From assembly GCF_009914755.1 (NCBI RefSeq), contig NC_060947.1: a stretch of 64,000 nucleotides of DNA. One strand, written 5' to 3'. Position 1 is the stretch's first letter; every line of letters starts with the position of its first letter. The position numbers and the translations under genes are program-made. The notes under the pieces were generated by a model. It ran no database searches. It was not told where the DNA came from and saw only the letters and a program-made list of their open reading frames with translations. This stretch comes from the human T2T-CHM13v2.0 reference genome, Homo sapiens. Shown one piece after another: positions 1-14,340 of the stretch.

Positions 1-210
1 GAATGCCTCTTCGTTTCCAAATGATCACAACACCTTTTCAGCAAGGGCACAGAACTGGACATCGGATAAGTTGGACAAATTGACACAATTAGGTTTCAGA
101 AGGTCTGTAATAACAAACTTCATTGAGGAAAAGGAGCATGTTCTACCTAATGCGAAAAAGCTATGAACATTGATCAAATATTAGAGGAGCTGCTCACTGT
201 AAAACCAGTT

Positions 211-318
211 AATGGGTGCAGGACACCAACATGGCACATGTATACATATGTAACAAACCTGCACGTTGTGCACATGTATCCTAAAACTTAAAGTATAATA
301 ATAATAATATAAAAAAAG
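211..318 (+). mobile_element. Severely 5'-truncated young L1PA 3' end inserted in the host L1 ORF1
   Basis: Terminal ~100 bp of L1PA 3'UTR plus A-rich tail. TSD AAAACCAGTT at 201-210 and 319-328. Confidence 0.9.
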
Positions 319-2711
319 AAAACCAGTTTAGAGAGGAATATAAATGACCTGATGAAGCTGAAAAATGCAGCATGAGAACTTCGTGAAGCATATGCAAGTA
401 TCAGTAGCCAAATCGATCAAGCAGAAGAAAGAATATCAGAGACGGAAGACTACCTTGCTGAAATAAGGCAGACAGACAAGATTAGAGAAAAAATAATTTA
501 AAAGGACAACAAAACCTCTGAGAAATACAGGACTGTGTAGAAAGAGAAAACCCACAACTGATTAGAGTAACTGAAAGAGACAGGGAAAATGGAACCAAGT
601 TGGAAAACACACTTCAGGATATTATCCAGGAGAACTTCCCCTACCTAGGAAGACAGGCCAACATTCAAATTTAGGAAATACAGAGAATCCCACTAAGATA
701 CTCCATGAGAAGGTCAATCACAAGACACATAATCATGAGATACTCCAAGGCCGTTATTATGGAAAAAATGTTAAGGGCAGCCAGAGATAAAGGTCAGGTC
801 ACCTACAAAGGGAAGCCCATCAGACTAACAGCAAATCTCTCAACAGAAACCCTACAAGTCCAAAGAGAGTGGGAGCCAAGATTTGACATTCTTAAAGAAA
901 ATAAGTTTGAACCCAGAATTTTATATCTGGCCAAACTAAGCTTCATAAGCAAAGAAGAAATAAAGTCCTTTCTAGACAAGCAAATGCTGAGGGAATTCAT
1001 CACCACCAGGCCTACCTTGCAAGAGCTCCTGAAGGAAGCACTAAATATGGAAAGGAAAACTGGTACCAGCCACTCCAAAAACACACCAAAATATAAATAC
1101 CAATGATACTATGAAGAAAAGGCATCAACTAATGTGCAAAATAGCCAATTAGCATCATGCTGACAGGATCAAATTCACACATAACAATATTAACATTAAT
1201 GTAAGTTGACTAAATATCCCAATTAAAAGACACAAACTGTCAAACTGGATAAAGAGTCAAGACCCATCAGTGTGCTGTATTAAAGAGACCCATCTCAAAT
1301 GCAAAGACACACATAGGCTCAAAGTAAAATGATGGAGTAAAATTTACCAAGCAAATGGAAAGCAGAATGTAGCAGGGATTGCAATTCTAGTCTTGGACAA
1401 AACAGACTTTAAACTAACAAAGATCAAAGAAGACAAAGAAGGACATTACAAAATTGTAAAGAAATTAATTCAACAAGAAGAGCTAACTATCCTAAATATA
1501 TATGCACCCAATACAGCACTCAGGTTCATGAAACAAGTCCTTAGAGACCTACGAAGAGACTTAGACTCCCACACTATAATAGTGGGAAAATTTAACACCC
1601 CCTGTCAGACAGATCAACAAGACAGTAAATTAACAAGGGTATTCAGGACTTGAACTCAGCTCTGGATCAAGTGAACCTAACAGTTATCTACAGAACTCTC
1701 CACCACAAAACAACAGAACATACATTCTTCTCAATGCCATATGACACTTACTCTAAAATCAATCACACAATTGGAAGAAAAATACTCCTCAGCAAATGCA
1801 AAAAAAAATGAAATCATAACAGTCTCTCAGACCACAGTGCAATCAAATTAGAACTCAGGATTAAGAAATTCATTCAAAACCACACAACTACACGGAAATT
1901 GAATAACCTGTTTCTTAATTGTTTCTGGATAGATAATGAAATTAAGGCAGGAATCAAAAAGTTCTTTTAAATCAATGAGAACAAGAAGACAAAGTACCAG
2001 AATCTCTGGGATGCAGCTAAAGCGGTGTTAAAAGGAAATTTTATGACACTAAATGCCCACATCAAAAAGCTAGAATAGTCTCAAACTGGAAGCTTAACAT
2101 CACAACTAAAAGAACTAGAAAAGCAAGGCAAAAAAATCTAAAGGCCAGCAGATGACAAGAAACAACTAAGAGCAGTGCGGAACTGAAAAAGAGAGAGACA
2201 TGAAAAACCCTCCAAAAAATCAATTAACCCAGAAACTGTTTTTTTAAAAAAATTAAGAAAATAGATAGACTGCTATCTAGACTAACAAAAAAGAAAAGAG
2301 AGAAGAATCAAATAGACACAATATAAATAATAAAGGGAATATCACCACTGACCCTACAGAAATACAAACTACCATCAGAGAATACTATAAACACTTCTAA
2401 GCAAATAAACTAGAAAATCTAGAAGAAATGGATAAATTCCTGGACACATACACTCTCCCAAGACTAAACCAGGAAGAAGTTGAATCCCTGAAGAGACCAA
2501 TAACCAGTTCTGAAATTCAGGCAGTAATAAATAGCCTACCAACCAAAAAAGCTCAGGACAAGATGGATTCACAGCCAAATTCCACTAGAAGCACAAAGAG
2601 GAGCTGGTACCATTCCTTCTGAAACTATTCCAAGCAATTGAAAAACATAGAATTCTCCTCCCAAGCTCATTTTATGAGGCCAGCATCATTCTGATAGAAA
2701 AACTGGGCAGA

Positions 2712-2715
2712 CACA

Positions 2716-2763
<48 letters not shown>
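2712..2763. repeat. (CA)n microsatellite inside L1 ORF2
   Basis: Direct observation of a CA run. Confidence 0.95.
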
Positions 2764-2767
<4 letters not shown>

Positions 2768-2951
2768 TCAGGACAATATCACTGATGAACATAGATACAG
2801 AAATCCTCAATAAAATACTGGGAAACTGAATCCGGCAGCACATCAAAAAACTTCTCCACCATGAACAAGTCAGCTTCATCCCTGGGATGCAAGGCTGGTT
2901 TAACAAATACAAATCAATAAACATAATCCATCACATAAACAGAACTGATAA

Positions 2952-3137
<186 letters not shown>

Positions 3138-5228
3138 TAAACTGGCACAAGACAAGGATGCTCTCTCTCACCACTCATATTCAACATATTTTTAGGAGTT
3201 CTGGCCAGGGCAATCAGGCAAGAGAAAGAAATAAAGGTTATTCAAATAAAAAGAGAGGAAGTCAATGCCTTCTGTTTGAAGATGGCATGATTCTATATTT
3301 AGAAAACCCCATCATCTCAGCCCAAAAACTCTTTAAGCTGATAAGCAACTTCAGCAAAGTCTCGGGATCCAAAATCAGTGTGCAAAAATCACAAGAATTC
3401 CTATACACAAACAATAGACAAGCAGACAGCCAAATCATGAATGAACTCCCACTCACAGTTGCTACAAAGAGAATAAAACACCTTGGAATACAATTTACAA
3501 GGGATATGAAGGACCTCTTCAAGGAGAACTACAAAAGCCTACTCAAGGAAATAAGAGGGGACACAAACAAATGGCAAAACATTTCATCCTCATGGATAGA
3601 AAGAATCAATATCATGAAAATGGCCATACTGCCCAAAGTAACTTATAGATTCAATGATATTCCCATCAACCTACCATTGGCATTCTTCACAGAATTAGAA
3701 AGAAACTACCTTAAAATTCATATGGAACCAAAAAAGAGCCCACAAAGCCAAGATAATCCTAAGCAAAACGAATAATGCTGGAGGCATCACACTACCAGAC
3801 TTCAAACTATGCTACAAGGCTACAGTAACCAAAACAACATGGTAATGGTACCAAAACAGATATATAGACCAATGGAACATAAGAGAGACTTCAGAAATAA
3901 GACCACACATCTACAACCATCTGATCTTTGACAAAGCTGACAAAGACAAACAATGCAGAAAGGATTTCATATTTAATAAATAATGCTAAAAAAAAACTGG
4001 CTAGTCATATGCAGAAAATTGAAAATGGACCTCTTCCTTACACCTTATACAAAAAAATAATTCGAGATGGATTAAAGACTTAAATGTAAAACCCAAAACC
4101 ATAAAAACCCTAGAAGAAAGCATAGGCGATACCATTCAGGACATAGGCATGGGCAAAGATTTTATGATGAAATAACCAAAAACAATTGCAACAAAAACTA
4201 AAATTGACAAATGGGATCTAATTAAACAAAGAGGTTCTACACAGCAAAAGAAACTGCTATCAGAGCAAGCGAAAAGGCAACCTACAGAATAGGAGAAATT
4301 TTTGCAATTTACCCATCTGACAAAGGTCTAATATCCAGAATTTACAAGAAATTTAAACAAATTTACAAACAAACAACCCCATCAATAAGTGGGCAAGGAA
4401 ATAAACAGACACTTCTCAAAAGAAAACATTTATGGGGCAAAGAAACATATGAAAAAAAGCTCAACATCACTAATTATTAGAGAAATGCAAATTAAAACCA
4501 CAATGAAATACCATCTCACGCTAGTCAGAATGGCGATTATTAAAAAGTCAATAAACAACAGATGCTAGCAAGGCTGTGAATAAATAAGAACACTTTTACA
4601 TTGTTGGTGGGAATGTAAATTAGTTCAACCATTGTGGGAGACAGTGTGGCGATTCCTCAAGGATCTAGAACCAGAAATATCATTTGAACCAGGAATCTCA
4701 TTATTGGGTATATACCCAAAGGAATATAAATCATTCTATTATAAAGATACATGCACAAGTATGTTTATTGCAGCACTATTCACAATAGCAAAAACAAGGA
4801 ACCAACCCAAGTGCCCATCAATGATAGAATGGATTTTAAAAATGTGGTACATATATAACATGGAATACTATACAGTCACAAAAAGGAGTGAGATCATGTC
4901 ATTTGCAGGGACATGAATGAAGCTGGAAGCCACCATCTTCAGCAAACTAACACAGGAACAGAAAACCAAACACTGCATGTTCTCACTCATAAGTGAGAGT
5001 AGAACAATGAGAACACATGGACACAGGTCGTGGAATAACACACACCAGGGCCTATTGGGAAGGGTGAGGCAAGGGAGAGCATCAGGACAAATAGTCCATT
5101 GTCAATTCATATGGGGCTTAAAACCTAGGTGACAGGTTGATAGTTACAGTAAACCACCATGGCACATGTTTACCTATGTAACAAACCTGTACATTCTGCA
5201 CATGTATCCCATAACTTAAAGTAAAAAA

Positions 5229-5332
5229 TATATATTATATATATATTACATATTATATATATTATATATATATTACATATTATATATATTATATATTATA
5301 TATTAGAAAATATAAATATATATTTATATATA
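5229..5332. repeat. AT-rich (TA)n low-complexity tract at the L1 tail
   Basis: Direct observation. Confidence 0.9.
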
Positions 5333-5339
5333 CAAATAA

Positions 5340-6085
5340 AAAATTATGAATAACAAATAATGACATGAAAGGGTCTTCAGCATTATCAGGGAAAAGACAA
5401 ATTGAAATCACAGTGAGATACAACTTTACACCCATTAGAAAATTCTTTTTAAAAAACTTGGAAATTCCAAGTGCTGATGAGGAAGATAAAACACCTATGC
5501 ATAGGTGAAAGGAATCCAAAGTGCTACAGCCACAGCATACACCAGCCATATGATCCAACAATCCCACTCTTAGATATTTACCCAAGAGAAATAACAACAT
5601 ATGTCCTCATTAAATCCTGAGGATATTTATCTCATATTCAGTCATAATAACCAATCTGGAAACAATACAAATGTCTATCACTTGGTGAATGAAAAAATTG
5701 TGGTACGCCCATACCATGGGATACTACTCTGCAATAAAAAAAGAAAAACTACTGATGCATGTAACAACATTGGTGAATCTCAAAAGCATTGTGCTAAATG
5801 AAAGAAACCAGAACTAAATGTATGATTGCATTTATCTGATATTCTGAAAAAGACAAAATTGTACAGACAGAAAACAGGAATAGTGGTTTCCAGGGGCTGG
5901 GATTCAGAGAAGTTGATTGCAAAAGGACCCAAGGTTACTTTTTTGAATTTGATACATCTGTTCCATATTTTGATTGGGGTGGTAATTACATGAATCGAAG
6001 AATTTGTCAAAATTCATGGAATTGTACATCTAAAAGGGTGAATTTTATTATATGTAAATTATACTTCATTAAGTCTGACTTTTAC
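5340..6085 (+). mobile_element. Ancient L1M 3' end fragment
   Basis: Degenerate ORF2 C-terminal and L1M 3'UTR motifs (CAATCCCACTCTTAGATATTTACCCAAGAGAA; GGGTGAATTTTATTATATGTAAATTATACTTCA). Confidence 0.75.
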
Positions 6086-6094
6086 AAACAGTAA

Positions 6095-6670
6095 ATAGGA
6101 TTTGCTGATAGATTTGGTATGGGGTATGAGAGAAACAGAGGAATGAAGTGTGAGTACAGGGTTTTTAACCTGGACTTGGAAGGATTAGGCTGCCACTTCT
6201 AAGATGTTGGAGACTGGAAGAAAGTAGTTTGAGGGATACAATCAGAAGTTGAATTTGCATGTGTTAAAATTAAGTTACTCTAGGACATTCAGTAGATGTG
6301 ATGGAAGGGCAGTTGCATATATATGTTTGGCATTTGGGAGAGAGTTTTTGGCTGGGGAGAGAAATTTGAGAGACAGAAGTAAATAGCATTTAAAACCATA
6401 ATACTGGATACGATCATCAAGAGAACATGGATAGAGAAGAAAAGAGGTGCAAGAATGAGCCCTGGGGGCCTCCAATATTTGGAAGTCAAGGTAATAAGAA
6501 AGAACCAGCAAAGGAGACTGAGAAGGAGCAGCCATGACAGGGAGGAGAAAAAGCAGGAGAATATGGTATCTTGGAACCTGAGTCAGGAAAGAATTCTAAG
6601 GAGGACGGAGTGATCAGCCATGTCAAATGACATTGAGAGGTTGAGTAAATGAAGCCTGAGAACTGACTCT
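6095..6670 (-). mobile_element. LINE-2 fragment
   Basis: Purine-rich + strand typical of antisense L2. The minus strand has degenerate RT-region similarity (GVPQGS-like region). Confidence 0.7.
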
Positions 6671-7094
6671 CAAATATCAGGGTACCAGATAAACCCAGGT
6701 AAGTAGGGATACACGTAGTTAACCAATCCTGGTCTCTAAGACGGGAACTGAGGAAAACCTAAAGCCCAGTTACAGGACTGTTGTTGATGACCAGGGGCTT
6801 GATTCTTACTTCCCTGGTTGCTTTAATCTCTAAGAATTACTCTCATCACTTAGGCCCTGCCCAAACTCTAGGTTAAAGTCTACTGGCTCCAAGATCATGT
6901 AGCAATAGCTGGAAGCAGATCAGAATGGGACCTTTTGTTTAGTGCACCTGCCCTGATGTATTATAAGATTGTGTCTTGTGACATTAGAAATTCTCTAGAC
7001 CTACGGCTTTGGAAACCCCAAAGTGATAATTATCAAAATTTGGAAAGATGTGGGTATGGCATGCTAAACTTCCCTGAGAACAAGGGTTTCGGGT

Positions 7095-7885
<791 letters not shown>

Positions 7886-8399
7886 CTTATGTATCCATCC
7901 CCATGTAATACTTGGCTCTGATTCACAGCCTGAACAGTTAGAGTGAAAAGACAATGATGAAATTTCTTTCCCAGAGCACTTGAAGAAAAGCATGCACCTT
8001 GGCAAAGATGTCAACACATTGAGTCTGATGAATTAGTCTGCTCTAGCCCATGGGTTCATGGATTCTGAGATACCTTTCTCCTTATAGATGGATTGAGGTT
8101 TTCTCAGGACTCTAAACAGCATGCCCTCTAGCTAGTCAGTGCAAGCAAATTTCCCCTGATTATTAGGAACCTCCTGACATCCAGCAAGATCACCTCAGCA
8201 GGGCATGATAAGCCAATTGCCTTCTCCAAGTGTTTTAAGCTTTTTGAAGAAAAAAATGTATATCCAATGGGATAATGGATTGATTAAAATTACAGAGGCC
8301 TGGAGGAAAAGATGAGCTCCTTCAAAATCCCCCCTTAACACTAGTGAGAAGAACAACAAAGCCAGAGAAACTTGGACTTTACAAGGACTCACAGAAGCC

Positions 8400-8850
8400 C
8401 AGTCTCTTTGTTTTACAGATGAGGAGACTGAGGCCCAGAGAAGGGAAGGGATGAACCAAGGTCCAATAGAGAGTTAATGTCAAAGTTGGGGCTAAAATCA
8501 TAGTACTTGACTCTCAGTCCACTCAGTGCTTGTTCCACTGTCCTACCCACATCAAGCAAGGCTTCCCTACCTGAACTCAACTTCAACTTTCCTTTCTAAG
8601 GGCAACAATAATCATAGTTAACCTATATTAAGTTCTTAATATTTGGTAGGCTCTGTGCTAAGATGGATTTGCATTGTATTGTCTCAGTACCCTATGATAG
8701 CAGATAAAATTGACACTGTTTTCCAGATGAGAATAAATGCAGTTTGCACAGGTTAAGAAATTTGACTAGTGTGTTTTGACTAGAAGGTAGCAATACCAGA
8801 ATTTTAACCTATAAAATCTGCATCCAGTGTCTACACATTGATCACCTATG
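8400..8850 (-). mobile_element. Two MIR fragments (~8400-8545 and ~8610-8850)
   Basis: Antisense MIR core TTTTACAGATGAGGAGACTGAGGCCCAGAGA and TTTTCCAGATGAG...GTTAAG. Confidence 0.7.
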
Positions 8851-8899
8851 CTTCACCTGCCTTTCGTCATGTAAGGAGCTTTTGTTTTTATCAGGAGCT

Positions 8900-9872
8900 A
8901 CTAAAGGACATCAAAACCCTGCCACAAGCCCTGTTTAAAAGGGCAAATGGAATAGACATACTTTTCCTATACTTTTTGCTAAGTACAACAAAACACTGGA
9001 TGTAACATTTTTAAAACCATAAGAAGACTCTGATGTGTAGAAAGAAGACAGATGGGCTAGGGGCTTTGGGACCTGAAGAACTACATGGTTGGTAAATTCC
9101 CTGAGTTTTCTTTTCATATATCCCAGAACGGATACTGGAGAAGCCAATAACCCAAAAACACCAATGGGCACAGACTAAAAAGAAAAGCCTGCTCTTTGCA
9201 GCCAAAGGACCAGGAAAGGGGCAGGCTAATAAGGCAAACAACTTTTAGATAATAATTGTTCTACTCCAAGCAAACATCACAGAAGAAAACTAGGGCCTCA
9301 CACCACCCTCACGAAGAAAGGCCCAAATGAAGAGCCTAGACTTCCACCCTTACCAGGCTGTAGTGAGGAGTCCAAACCAACCCACTAGAGAGTTGTCAGA
9401 GAAGGATTAGTAGGGGTGTCATAATTGTCATCACTGCTCAGCAGTAATGAGCCCATCTGCCATGCTGTCATTGGAGACTACAGGTGGAACATGGACTTCC
9501 ATTCGTATCTGGTAGTAACAAGAAAACCCTCATTGGGGTCAGAGGAGGCCTAGTGGAGGGTCATATCTAAAATTAGTAGCATTTCTATGCACCAATAATA
9601 AACTAGCTAAAAAATTAATTAAGAAGGCAGTCCTATTAACAATAGCTACCAATAAATAAATAAATAAAATACCTAGGAATAAATTTAACCAAAGAGCTGA
9701 AAGCCCTCTACAGGAAAAACTACAGAACACTGATGAAAAAAATTGTTGAAGAGGACACAAACAAATAAAAAGAAATCCCATGTTCATGGATTGGTAGAAT
9801 TAATATAATTAAAATGACCGTACTCCCTAAGGCAATATGCAGATTTAATGAAATCTCTATCAAGATGCCAAT
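8900..9872 (+). mobile_element. Old L1M 5' region joined to an ORF2 fragment
   Basis: 9565-9872 has ORF2 motifs (ATACCTAGGAATAAATTTAACCAAAG, CCATGTTCATGGATTGG). The upstream part resembles an L1M 5' end (recall-based). Confidence 0.6.
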
Positions 9873-9874
9873 TT

Positions 9875-9992
9875 CAGCCATGCACAGTGGTTCATGCCTG
9901 TGAACACTTTGAGAGACTGATGTAAGAGGATTGCTTGAGGACTGGAGTTCAAACCTGAACAATATAAAATACCCCATCTCTAAAAATAAAAA
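9875..9992 (+). mobile_element. Degenerate Alu monomer (FLAM-like)
   Basis: CAGTGGTTCATGCCTGT...AGGATTGCTTGAGG..GGAGTTCAA...CCCCATCTCTAAAAATAAAA. Confidence 0.75.
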
Positions 9993-10885
9993 TGATACAG
10001 TGCAGTGCCAGTGTTGAGAAGACTCTCACATATATAATTATTCTGATTTCTAGTTGCTTCATGCATAAGTCCATAGTTTCAGAGGACCCAGAGGACCATG
10101 ACTGTTTGCCTTCTGCTAGTCCTTCTCAATTATGGACATTTGTCTCTTCATTTCTAAAATAATGAAGACAGATTTGATTAGTGGCTTTGAGATAATGTTC
10201 TGAGGAACCCAAGGAGTTCCAGGGAGGCTCATCAAGGGTCACTCTGGTAAATTCAGGTGAGGATTGGATTTGTAGAGAGATTAAGAACTCTGGAGGCCCA
10301 CTTTCACTTCCACTTGCACTTCTGCCATAAGAGTTATGACTTGTTCTATTTCTATATTTGGTCTCCGTAAAAAAATTACATTTGAAGGAAGGGAGCTTCT
10401 CTTCATTCACCTACAGGAACCAGCACACTGCTGGATATATGGTAGTTGCTTTATACAATTTTTTAGTCTGCTTGAATGATGGAAGTTTGTAAAGAGAGGG
10501 AATTTAGTATTGTGAGTGTATCTAAGCATGTGACTGGCATGATGCTCTGTGTCTAGATAAGAGAGAGTTAGGGCCTTTTATTTAGATTTAATCTTAGCTC
10601 AAACTTCTCAGTTGCTGGACAGAGAGTGAAAGGATGGGAATTAGCTGTTAAGCACAAAGAACATGATAAAAGCAATCCATCTCAAATCTAATAAGTCCTC
10701 ATTTATTTTTTTCATCATTAGGCCCCTTCTCATTCCTCCTGGATTCCTTAATCAACCAACTTATTAAAAACCCATTCCCTCTACACAAGCCTTTTGACAA
10801 CTCATTTATTTTTCTGGGAAAATACAAGCACGCTTAGAATTTGGTTTCAGAAGGAACTGTGGGTTTAGTTTTAACTCAGGTTGCA

Positions 10886-12040
10886 GTAAAAGACTTCATG
10901 ACTAAAACACCAAAAGCAATGGCAACAAAACCCAAAATTGACAAATGGGATCTAAATAAACTAAAGAGCTTCTGCTCAGCAAAAGAAACTATCGTCAGAG
11001 TGAACAGGCAACCTACAGAATAGGAGAAAAGTTTTGCAATCTATCCATCTGAGAGAAAGCTAATATCCAGAATCTACAAGGAATTTAAACACATTTACAA
11101 GAAAAAAAACAATTCTATCAAAAAGTGGGTGAATGATATGAATAGACGCTTCGCAAAAGAAGACATTTATGCAGCAAACAAACATATGAGAAAAAGCTCA
11201 TTATCACTGGTCATTACAGAAATGCAAATCAAAACCACAATGAGATACCATCTCACGCCAGTTAGAATGGTGATCATTAAAAAGTCTGGAAACAAGAGAT
11301 GCTGGTGAGGATGTGGAGAAATAGGAAGGCTTTTACACTGTTGGTGGGAGTGTAAATTAGTTCAACCATTGTGGAAGACAGTGTGGTGATTCTTCAAGGA
11401 TCTAGAACTAGAAATACCATTTGACCCAGCAATCTCATTATTGGGTGTATACCCAAAGGATTACAAGTCATTCTACTATAAAGACACATGCACATGTATG
11501 TTTATTGCAGCACTATTCACAATAGCAAATATTTGGAACCAACCCAAAAGCCCATCAATGATAGACTGGATAAAGAAAATGTGGCACATATACACCATGA
11601 AATACTATGCAGTCATAAAAAAGGATGAGTTCATGTCCTTTGCAGGGACATGGATGAAGCCAGAAACCATCATTCTCAGCAAACTAACACAGGAAGAGAA
11701 AACCAAATACTACATATTGTCACTCATCAGTGGGAGTTGAGCAATGAGAACACATGGAAAAAGGGAGGGGAACATCACACATTGGGGCCTGCCAGGGACT
11801 GGGGGAAAGAGGAAGGAGAGCATTAGGACAAATACCTAATGCATGCAGGGCTTAAAACCTAGATGACGGGTTGATAGATGCAGCAAACCACTATGGCACA
11901 TATTGCAGGATCTGGCCAGCAGCCTGCAATGCAACGGCAATAGTTTCAGGGGGTCTTCCTACAGGCACATGTATACCTATGTAACAAATATGCACGTTTA
12001 GCCCATGTATCCCAGAACTTAAAGTAAAAATATAAAAAAG
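10886..12040 (+). mobile_element. 5'-truncated L1PA (about L1PA7/8)
   Basis: ORF2 C-terminal fragments ([14 protein letters not shown]; YKDTCTCMFIAALFTIA), 3'UTR and A tail. Confidence 0.92.
11901..11963 (-). mobile_element. 63-bp internally deleted LTR remnant, probably LTR3/HML-6 type
   Basis: Foreign 63 bp in the L1 3'UTR flanked by a perfect 6-bp TSD GGCACA (11895-11900, 11964-11969). The minus strand begins TGTAGGAAGACCCCCTGAAACTATTGC. Family assignment is from recall. Confidence 0.7.
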
Positions 12041-12054
12041 AAGCCATTGCAGGA

Positions 12055-14340
12055 TATTTATTGAGTTGTAATTCACATACCATAGAAACCATCTATTTCA
12101 AGTGTAAAATTCAATTATTTTTTAAAAAAGTTTACAGAGTTGTACAACTATCAACATGATACTATTTTAAAACACTTCCATCATCCCCAAATGAGCTCTA
12201 ATGCTCAGTTTCAGTCAATCTCTGTTCCCACACACGGCTCCAGGAAAACAATCATATACTTTCTGTCTTTACAGATTTGCTTTTGCTGGTCATTGCATAT
12301 AAATCGAGTTATATAAATGTGATCTTTTGGGTCCAGTTTTTCTGTTGCTTAATATATTGTTTTGGAGATGCATCCACCTTTTAGCATGTATCAGAATTTT
12401 GCCCCTTTCGTTAAAACAAATAATATGCCATTGAATGGATATGCCACATTTTGGTTATTTATTCATTAGTTCACAATGATTTCTGTTCTTTCCACATTTT
12501 TGGCATTTATGAATAATGCTGCTCTAAACATTTGTATACAGGTCTTTGTGTGGAAATATGTCTTCATTTCTCCTTCTTAGATTCCCAGGAATAAAATTTC
12601 TGTTTCATATGATAAATGCATACATAACTTTTTAATATATTTAAAACATGTTTTCCAAAGAGTTTGCCCAATTTTCATCTCCAGAAGCAGTATATGAGGC
12701 TTCCAGTTTCTCTACATCCTCAACAATACTTGGTAGTGTCTGTCTCAAAAAGGCATTATAGCCATCCTAGTGGTATTAAGTAGTATCTCATTTCAGTTTT
12801 AACTTAGATTTTCTTAATGATTAACCCTGTCAAGCATCTCTTCATGACTTTATTTTTCACCCATATACCTGCTTTGTTGATGTATATATTCAAACTTTGC
12901 CTGTTTTACAGTTTGGTTGTTTAGTTACTGCTTGTGAATTTTGAGTGTTCTTTGTATTTTCTAAATACAAGTTCTTCATCAGACACTTTGCAAACACAGT
13001 CTCCCGGTCTGGAACTTATATTTTTATTCCTCTAACTGTCTATTGAATTGCAAAAGTTTTTAATATTGATTTTGTAATATCCAATTCATCAGTATTTTCT
13101 TTCTTTTTTTATTATACTTTAAGTTTTAGGGTACATGTGCACAACGTGCAGGTTTGTTACATATGTATACATGTGCCATGTTGGTGTGCTGCACCCATTA
13201 ACTCGTCATTTACATTACGTATATCTCCTAATGCTATCCCTCCGCCCTCCCCCCACCCCACAACAGTCCCCGGTGTGTGATGTTCCCCTTCCTGTGTCCA
13301 TGTGTTCTCATTGTTCAATTCCCACCTATGAGTGAGAACATGCGGTGTTTGGTTTTTTGTCCTTGCGACGGTTTGCTGAGAATGATGGTTTCCAGCTTCA
13401 TCCATGTCCTCATCCTTTTTATGGCTGCATAGTATTCCATGGTGTATATGTGCCACATTTTCTTAATCCAGTCTATCATTGTTGGACATTTGGCTTGGTT
13501 CCAAGTCTTTGCTATTGTGAATAGTGCTGCAATAAACATACGTGTGCATGTGTCTTTATAGCAGCATGATTTATAATCCTTTGGGTATATACCCAGTAAT
13601 GGGATTGCTGGGTCATATGATATTTCTAGTTCTAGATCCCTGAGGAATTGCCACACTGACTTCCACAATGGTTGAACTACTTTACAGTCCCACCAACAGT
13701 GTGAAAGTGTTCCTATTTCTCCACATCCTCTCCAGCACCTGTTGTTCCCTGACTTTTTAATGATCGCCATTCTAACTCATCAGTATTTTCTTTTATGGAT
13801 AATGACTTTTTGTACAATATAAAAAATTATTTGCCTAAGCCATAGTCACAAACATTTTCTCCTAAAATTTCTTCCAGAAAGTTATTTTTAAATTTTACAT
13901 TTAGATCTATGATCCAGTTTTACTTAAATCATGTATGTGGTACCAGATATGAGTTAAAGATTTGTTTTGCATATGGATGTCCAGTTGTTTCAGAACTATT
14001 TGTTTGAAAAACTATCCTTTCTCCACAGCATTGCCTTTGCACCTTTATCAAAGATCAGTTGTCTATATATTTGTATGTTTATTTCTGAACTTTCTGCTTC
14101 ATTAATTTATTTGTCTATCTTTATGCCAATACTTTGCTGCTTTTATTACTGTACCTTTATAATAATTCCTATAACCAGGTAGTATAAGTTTTCCAACTTT
14201 GTTATTCTTCTTCAGGTTTAATTTTGGCTATTCTGGGCCCTTTGCATTTCTATATGAATTTTAGATTCCACTTGTCAATTTCCACAAAAAAAAATGTTTG
14301 GATTTTGATAGGATTCCATTGGATTTGTAAATTAATTTGT
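12055..14340 (-). mobile_element. Old L1M 3' portion, interrupted by a young L1PA
   Basis: Antisense L1M 3'UTR/ORF2 motifs on both sides of the 13103-13776 insert. Confidence 0.75.
13103..13776 (-). mobile_element. 5'-truncated young L1PA (about L1PA2-4)
   Basis: ORF 13315-13770 is a near-consensus ORF2 C-terminus ([16 protein letters not shown]). TSD TCATCAGTATTTTCTTT at 13086-13102 and 13777-13793. Confidence 0.95.
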
